64,000 nt of DNA from Fimicolochytrium jonesii (Eukaryota), in assembly GCF_025526975.1 (NCBI RefSeq), contig NW_026515681.1, positions 124,001 to 188,000 of the forward strand. Direction: 5' to 3'. This document shows, piece after piece, positions 61,693-64,000 of the stretch (position 1 is its first letter; each line of letters opens with the position of its first letter). Made by a program: the position numbers and the translations under genes. A model generated the notes under the pieces. That model worked only from the letters and a program-made list of their open reading frames with translations. It made no database searches and had not been told where the DNA came from.

Positions 61693-64000
61693 TCACCCCT
61701 CTCTTTAGCGGCGGCGGCGGCGGCGTCGAGTTTGGTGTGGCCGCAGAGGGGGTGCTACGGGGACAGAGGAAGGCTTGTTGGGGTACGCGCTGTGGAAGTC
61801 CTGGAGGAGTGCGTCGGTATGGGTGAGGTGTTCCACGGGCTCCCAGGTGTTCTCGGGGTCAGGCCAGCCCTGCCATTTGACCAAGTACTGAAGGCGACGA
61901 CAATGGATGCGAGAGTCAAGGATGGCTTCGACAACCCACTCTTCTTGACCCTCAACGGTCTCTGGGGGCGCGGGTTTGGGTTCGTGTCGTTCGGGGATGG
62001 TGAAGCGGGGTTCGAGGAGCGAGACATGGAAGACATCGTGGATTTTGTACGTAGGCGGGAGCTTGAGCCGGTAGGCAACGGGATTGATTTTTTCAACGAG
62101 TGGTTGAGTTTCTGAGAGGGCCGGGTTGTCTGGAGGTTTTTGCGGAGGAGCCAGACGTGGTCGCCAGGCTTGAAGTCCGGTCCAGGAATTTGTTTAGCGT
62201 CGGCGTAGCGCTTCATTCGATCTTGGGCTTCCTTGAGCTCAAGGGCGAGCTGTTCATGGACTTCCCTGATTTGTTTAGCGCGGGCTTCAGCGGCGGGGTT
62301 GACGGATTCGGAGGTAGCAGAGGCCGCGAAACTGAAGCGGGGGTGGAGACCCTTGTTGGCGTAGAAGGGGGTGGTCTGGGAGGCGGACTGGTGGGTGTTG
62401 TTGTAGGCAAACTCGGTGGACGACAGAAGCTGTTTCCAGTTGTCCTGTTGGTGGTTGCAAAAGCATCGGAGATACTGCTCCAGGATCTGGTTGGTGCGTT
62501 CCGTCTGGCCATCGCTCTGGGGGTGGAAGGCCGAGGAGAGGTTGGCTTTTGCCCGAAGGAGTTCGAGAAGTCGACGCCAGAACCGGGACTTAAACTCGGG
62601 TCCTCGGTCAGAGATGACGTCGTCGGGGAGGCCGTGGAGACGGATGATGTTGTGGAAGACTAGGTCGGCGGTGGATTTGGCGGATTCTGACTCGCTGCAG
62701 GCGATGAAGTGGGCCATCTTGGTGAGGCGACAGTTGACGTTCAGGATGGAGTCGTACCCGTCCACGGGAGGCAGACCGGTGATAAAGTCCAGGGACCAAG
62801 ATCCCCAAGGGCGGGTAGGGATACTGTTAGGGCTGGAGTAGGCCATATGGTTTGTGTCGACTGGATTTCGCTTGGCTACAGGACAGGTATCGCAGGACTT
62901 GTGGTAGGCCTTGACGAAGCGCCACTGGCTGTGCCACCAGTAGTTGCGGGAGGCGAGTTCGAGCGTCTTGGACATCCCAAAGTGGCCGGCTAGGGGTGTA
63001 TCGTGCATGTCGTGGCAGACTTCAGCTCGGAGCTCGTTGGTGGGGACATAGACCGGGTTATCGTGCAGCAGGATCCCATCTTCATCTGAGAACCGCTTGA
63101 TACGATCTTGGGTTTCCTCGGTTCGTTGGGCGAGGGGTATCTTGAGCTTTTTGCGAATGGTCTTAGCGAGGGGATCAGAGGCCTGGGCGGCCTTAATCTT
63201 GTCAAGCAGCATGGTATCCATGGGTGTGAGGTAGGCCGCGGCGAGTCAAAGGCGTTCGGGAGTCAAAATTGTGGTTGCCTGGGAGCGGAACACTTCTTCC
63301 CCCTTTTTTAGCTCATGTTCGGAGCGTCGGGAGAGGGCATCGGCTTGGTGCTGCTGGGAACCGGGGCGATAGGTAATGACAAAGTCAAAATCCGAGAAGA
63401 ATATCGACCAGGGGGCTTGGCGGCGGTTCAGGGTGCGGGTGGTCATGAAGTACTGAAGGTTTTTATGGTCGGAGTAAACGGTGATCTTGTGACGGGCGCC
63501 AAGGAGATGGTGTTGCCACTGGGCAAAGGAGTCTTGGATGGCCAGAAGTTCCTTGTCGTAGATCTCGTAGTTGATCTCTTCGGCCGTGAATTTGCGAGAG
63601 TGGAAGGCCACGGGTTGGAGCTGATTGTCCTGGTCAGGTTGGAGGAGAACTGCGCCAAGAGCGAAGTCGGAGGCGCCAGTTTCGACGACGAAGGTCTTCT
63701 CTGGGTCAGGGTGAGCAAGGATGGGGGCGGTGGTGAATGCTTTCTTCAGGTTCTCGAAGGCTGTGTTTGCGGCGGGTGTCCAGGCATACGGGATGTCTTT
63801 CCGGGTCAGGGCTGTGAGCGGGGTAGCGATCTTGGAATAACCTTGGATGAATCGGCGATAGAAGTTGGCAAAGCCGAGGAACCGCTGGACGCCTTTGACA
63901 GTCTTGGGAGGTTCCCAATCCGTGATGGCAGCGATCTTCTTGGGGTCCATCTGGATGCCTTTCTCGGAGATGATGAAGCCTACGAACTCAACAGATTCGC
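61161..64000 (-). mobile_element. Ty3/Gypsy chromovirus retrotransposon (RT end, RNase H, integrase, chromodomain; degenerate; continues past the window)
   Basis: VQRFLGFANFYRRFI, ETGASDFALGAVL, NYEIYDKELLAI, SDHKNL, HDTPLAGHFG, DFITGLP, SDRGPEF, HPQSDGQTERTNQ; chromodomain EEWVVEAILDSR..QYLVKWQGW..NTWEP in a shifted frame; in-frame stop at 63246. Confidence 0.95.

Noticed and set aside
61156..61697. 12-bp inverted repeat GGTGATGTTATG...CATAACATCACC suggesting a TIR element
   Set aside because: Explained by LTR terminal repeats plus a chance match between the PPT end and the target site; the related solo LTR lacks the extension.

Overview
Eukaryotic genomic DNA with GT-AG introns, most likely from a flagellated fungus (chytrid-like). 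The inference rests on fungal housekeeping genes (ACO2-type aconitase, malate synthase with PTS1, CET1-type RNA triphosphatase, RAD21, POP4, NAC-alpha) lying next to ciliary genes (CFAP210-like, SPATA4-like, LRRC71-like, RJL GTPase). The main accessory content is a family of intron-containing Fanzor1 elements (eukaryotic TnpB-like RNA-guided nucleases). Copy B (55891-59469, minus) splices into an apparently intact 757-aa protein with a structured 3' omegaRNA-like end. Copy A (29859-33828, minus) is inactivated by a stop codon and a solo LTR. A third, internal fragment sits at about 5.3-5.9 kb. These elements have no TIRs or transposase. Both start after GCA with GTAAGC and end in TTGTAG, i.e. 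splice-site-like termini. They also carry twin structure-conserved ~127-nt repeats in intron 2 and a segment of intron 4 that is inverted between copies. Also present: a cysteine synthase/cis-prenyltransferase in-frame fusion, a decayed TET/JBP-like dioxygenase interrupted by a chromodomain Ty3/Gypsy element, a MULE-like MITE with a 9-bp TSD, and tRNA-Ala(TGC). All gene models and family assignments were made by eye from motifs; no searches were run.
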